From NCBI RefSeq assembly GCF_001194135.2, contig NC_068987.1, positions 11,769,127 to 11,822,333 on the forward strand: a DNA stretch of 53,207 bases, written 5' to 3'. Positions 49,013 through 53,207 of this stretch are shown one piece after another. How positions within the stretch are numbered: the first letter of the stretch is position 1; each line of letters starts with the position of its first letter. The position numbers and the translations under genes were made by a program. The notes under the pieces are model-generated. The model made no database searches and had not been told where the DNA came from. It saw only the letters and a program-made list of their open reading frames with translations. This DNA is from Octopus bimaculoides. Its lineage: Eukaryota.

Positions 49013-50692
49013 TGTATGTATGTATTTGTGTGTTTGTGCTTGTCTCCCCACCATTGCTTGACAACCGATATTAGTGTGTTTACATCCCTATAACTTAGTG
49101 GTTCGGCAAAAGAGACCAATAGAATAAGTACCAGGCTTACAAAAAATAAGTCCAGAGGTCGATTTCTTCGGCTAAAAGGCAGTGCTCCAGCATGGCTGCA
49201 GCCAAATGACCATAACAAGTAAGAGAATACATACATAAGGATAAGCATATTAAAAGGGGGTCTGTGGGAAAACCCACTTAAATAAAAGGGCTGGGAACCA
49301 CTGTTGGGAACCACTGTTGGGAACCACTGCCATAAAGTGAAGCATTTAATAAGGTACATTTTAAAAACTAAGGCATGGCTGGTTCAGCTGTAAACTGAAT
49401 TTTTGAAAACCTTGCCTTGACATTAAGACGGAGAACAGATAATTGAAACAAGAGCATCACAGATGTTGAGAAGGATCGAAGGTTTGCAAGATAAGGGCAA
49501 GATATGAAAGACCATGTTGTCAAAAGGGATTGGGTCTAACGCACTTAATTTAGTGAACCAGAACAAATTTGTAATCAATTTGAATTACATTCATAATGAA
49601 AAGGAAAATCATTAACCCTTATCAGCTACTCTTTACTTCAACCTTTCGATCCCACAATCTTTACAATTGTTTCCAACATTATCTTCTAGATGCAGGTGTG
49701 ACTGTGTGGCAAGAAGTTTGTTTCCCAACCATAAGGTTCCGAGTTCAGTCCCACTGCGTGGCAGCACCTTAAGGCAAGAGTCTTCTACTATAGCCTTGGG
49801 CCAACCAAAGCACTGTGAGTGGATTTGATAGATGGAAACTAAAAGAAGCCTGACATATACATATGCATGTGTGTGTGTATGTATGTGTGTATGTTTATGT
49901 GTGTGTGTTTGTGTCTGTGTTTGTTCCCTACCACCCACATTCTAAACTTCCACTCACATTGCTAGTTCCTTTGTCTCTACTCACTTCTACTCACCTCATA
50001 CCTTGAAGGGTCACCTGGGCACCTCATTACCAGTACTTATCCCTTTGAAACCCCTACTGATCACACCCACCCTCTCTTCTAAATGGGATTAGCCTTGAAG
50101 CCTACAACAAGAATCTGCTCTGTCCCCGCTTCTCTCATGCTTTAATTGCTCATCTCCTGACATTAAACTGATCCCCACTTTGAATTTCGTAGTCTTATGA
50201 GCTGCATGGCGACCTCAGTAGTACTGGTGGTATGAAAAATCCACCCTGCACCTTCAGTAAGGTGGTTGGCATTAGGAGATGGCATGCAGCCTTTGAAACC
50301 ATACCAAAACAGACACTGGAGCAGGATGCAGTCCTTGGACCCATCGGATCCAGTCTAACAGTACAACCCATGCCAGCATGGAACATGGTCGTTAAATGAT
50401 GATGATGATGATAATGACAACAGCAATGACAATGATGATGATTCTTACTAAGAATAGGAAAAGAGACAATTCTGAAATTTTGAAATCCAAATTGATTAAA
50501 AATTGAATGCATATATGCAATAAGAAGTCTTATTTCTTGTAAGTACAGTGAGAATCCTGAAAATGTTTCAGTTTTATCACTCCTAAAATTTTTTTTTTTC
50601 TTTCACCTGGTAAAAATCCAGAATGCTGAATGTAAAATGATAACACATCCAACCACAGCAAAATGAACAGATAAATAAATAAATAAATAATG

Positions 50693-50742
<50 letters not shown>

Positions 50743-51087
50743 TCTTTCTATGATAGGAACAAGGCCTGAAATTTTGGGGGGGCGGAGGTAATTGATTTAC
50801 ATTGAACTGGTACTTATTTTAGCAACCCTGAAAAGATGAAATACAACCCCTCCCCACAAAATTTTAGGCCTTGTGCTTATAGTAGAAAGCATTATTATTA
50901 TTGTTGTAGTAACACACACACACACGCACACACATGTATGTATGTATGCATGTTGATGTGTATGTGTATATGTATAAAACCCTAATTTTTTTCCATTGAG
51001 GGCTTATACGCCCCAATATTAGATTATTTTCTTTAGTTAATATTTGGTGATTGCGTATAAGATTTAAGCTTATAAAAATATTATTAC

Positions 51088-51179
<92 letters not shown>

Positions 51180-51262
51180 GTGTTAGGTGTGATGTACAGA
51201 ATTAAATATTGAAAAAAAAGTCGTCAGAATTTTGGAATAACTTCATTCATTTATTTTATACA

Positions 51263-51304
51263 TATATTAGCGCTTTCGTTCGTCTTTCGAACTTGTCAAA
51301 TATA
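51263..51304 (-). ncRNA. Minimal type-I hammerhead ribozyme, U3-A8 variant
   Basis: TATAT TTGACAA GTTCG-AAAGA-CGAAC GAA AGCGCT A ATATA, followed by AATAAA. Confidence 0.7.
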
Positions 51305-51912
51305 ATTCTGTGAAAATACAGAGATCTTGCTTATTTATATAAATCAGGTGTTTTTTGGGGTTTTGTTTATAACAGAACATTGCTTTGTTTTTTTGGAGTG
51401 AGGCTTTGAAGACAATGGAAGATGTATAAGCAGATAAATAGATAGACAGGCAGATAGAGAGATAGATAGATAGACTGATAGTCAGACAGATAGAGAGATG
51501 GATGTGGTAAAAGAGAGATAGAAGGGCCTGTATATATATATATATACAGGTTAAATAGATTTTTGTAAGGGTATATTGAGATCATTAGCCGTGGTGAAAG
51601 CAATCAGTCTCAGAGGAGAGAAGCCCCAAATTTAATGCTCCCTTTCAACATGCTCTAAGCTAGAGCTTGGAAGAGTATGGGTTATGAAACTAACACAAGG
51701 TGTGTCCAATAACACAAATTTGTTCTATGGAAGTAGCTATTTCATGTCAGGTGGAGATAGCAGGAAATGATGAGTTACACATAAGAATCTGTGATGTATT
51801 TCTTAAACTGAGAAAAGGATTTCCTTCTTGCAGACCCGATTGTAAAACATGTTCAGCAACTGAAGTAAAGTTTCTGGTAGCAAAGAACAAAGAAAAAAGT
51901 AAACCTTCATAC

Positions 51913-51967
51913 CTGTTTGTAGCACCGATGTGCAAAATAAAAGCAGTAGAAAGTGGTGGTTGGCCAT
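51913..51967 (-). CDS. Exon 1: start codon and signal peptide MANHHFLLLLFCTSVLQT
   Basis: AAAATGG start context, hydrophobic core, donor G|GTATGA in phase 1. Joins exon 2 in frame as ...LQTVINS-QHACDFE. Confidence 0.72.
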
Positions 51968-52564
51968 TTTCAATGTAACTTCATAACTTTAGGTTTGCTG
52001 GTCATAAAGAATGGTTAAATACACTGAATGTATGTCCACTTCTTGAAAATGAAAATGCAGTAGAGAATATTAAATGATGATAAATGCCTAAATGATATTA
52101 ACAAACTGTTAGAAGACGGTTTTTTCGTGTGTAACTACTAACAGTTACAGCAGCTAAAATGCATTTGTAAGATGTAAGTTAGGGAGAGTCTATTTTGATA
52201 AGCAATAGAGTTTATCTAAAACGATTTGATTGAAGGTAACTTTAGTTACCTGATACATAAAGAAAAGTATTCTCAACTGTACAAAGGTAACAGGTGAAAG
52301 TTCATCTTTTCTTTCCCCTCTATAATTATGATAAGGAATCGTTCTTATTGACCGAATATTAACTGACATGTAAAAACAAAATAAAGAAAAATACACTGAA
52401 CATCATTATTGATATTCTTAGAACAAAAGACAATTGTTAAATGGAATGATATTGCAAAATATTTTTATTAATCCATCTTTTACTCTTCACTTAATCATCA
52501 ATTAACAAAAAAAGAAAAAGAAAAAAAAAAGAAAAATGTCTTTATTTTTAGTATTTGCTTTCAC

Positions 52565-53000
52565 TTTTGCATTTATTTGTTTCAGTCTTTGGACTGGGCC
52601 ATGTTGGGGCACCACCTTGAAGCGCTTTAGTTGAACAAATCAACCTCAGTACTTATTTTTTTTAGGTTTGGTAACTTATTCTATTGACTCTTCTGCTGAA
52701 CTGCTAAGATGCGGTTATGTGAATGAAACACCACCGGTTGTCAAGTGATGGGTGGGGTGTACAAACGTAGGCATAAGAACACGCATGCATGCAGACACAC
52801 ACATACACACACACACACACGCACATATACATACATACATACATATACAGGAGTGGCTGTCTGGTAAAAAGCTTGCTTCCCAACCACATAGTTCCGGGTT
52901 CAATCCCAATGTGTGGCACCTTGGGCAAGTGTCTTCTAGTATAGCCTCAGGCCGACCAAAGCCTTGTGGGTGGATTTGGTAGACAGAAATTGAAAGAAAT

Positions 53001-53035
<35 letters not shown>

Positions 53036-53207
53036 AATAAATGTACATATGTATATATGTATTTGTTATTTGTATCTGTGTTTGTCCTCTTACAATCACT
53101 TGACAACTGATATTGGTGTGCTTACATTGCTGTCACTTAGTGGTTCAGCAAAAAGGGACCGATAGTACTAGGCTTACAAAGAATAAGTCCTGGGGTTGAT
53201 TTGTTCG
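52565..53207. mobile_element. Two SINE family A copies in opposite orientation (3' half on minus at about 52565-52790; plus copy 52848 to window end)
   Basis: Matches to the consensus on both strands. Confidence 0.8.

Noticed and set aside
51700-51978. Plus-strand 92-aa ORF overlapping exon 1
   Set aside because: No recognisable domain or splice support; it is antisense to a better-supported signal-peptide exon.

Overview
AT-rich, repeat-dense metazoan genomic DNA with 12 N-gaps. The SINE/microsatellite landscape suggests an octopus genome (inference). One large minus-strand gene spans almost the whole window. I reconstructed 32 coding exons (51967 down to 255, all GT-AG, phases compatible, 4858 nt, about 1619 codons, 3' end outside the window). 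They encode a signal peptide, nine complete MAM domains and the start of a tenth, with no LDLa modules. The MAM domains form a higher-order A-B-C triplet repeat separated by Thr/Pro/Lys-rich linkers. Introns contain tRNA-type SINEs, (GAT)n-tailed repeats, RTE and RLE-type LINE fragments, a Penelope-like GIY-YIG fragment, three mariner/maT relics and several MITE/foldback elements. The main unannotated signal is a set of six minimal type-I hammerhead-ribozyme motifs with palindromic stem III. Three carry the compensatory U3-A8 core, five lie on the gene's sense strand, and one sits inside a TIR-bounded composite element. All calls were made by eye; repeat boundaries are approximate.
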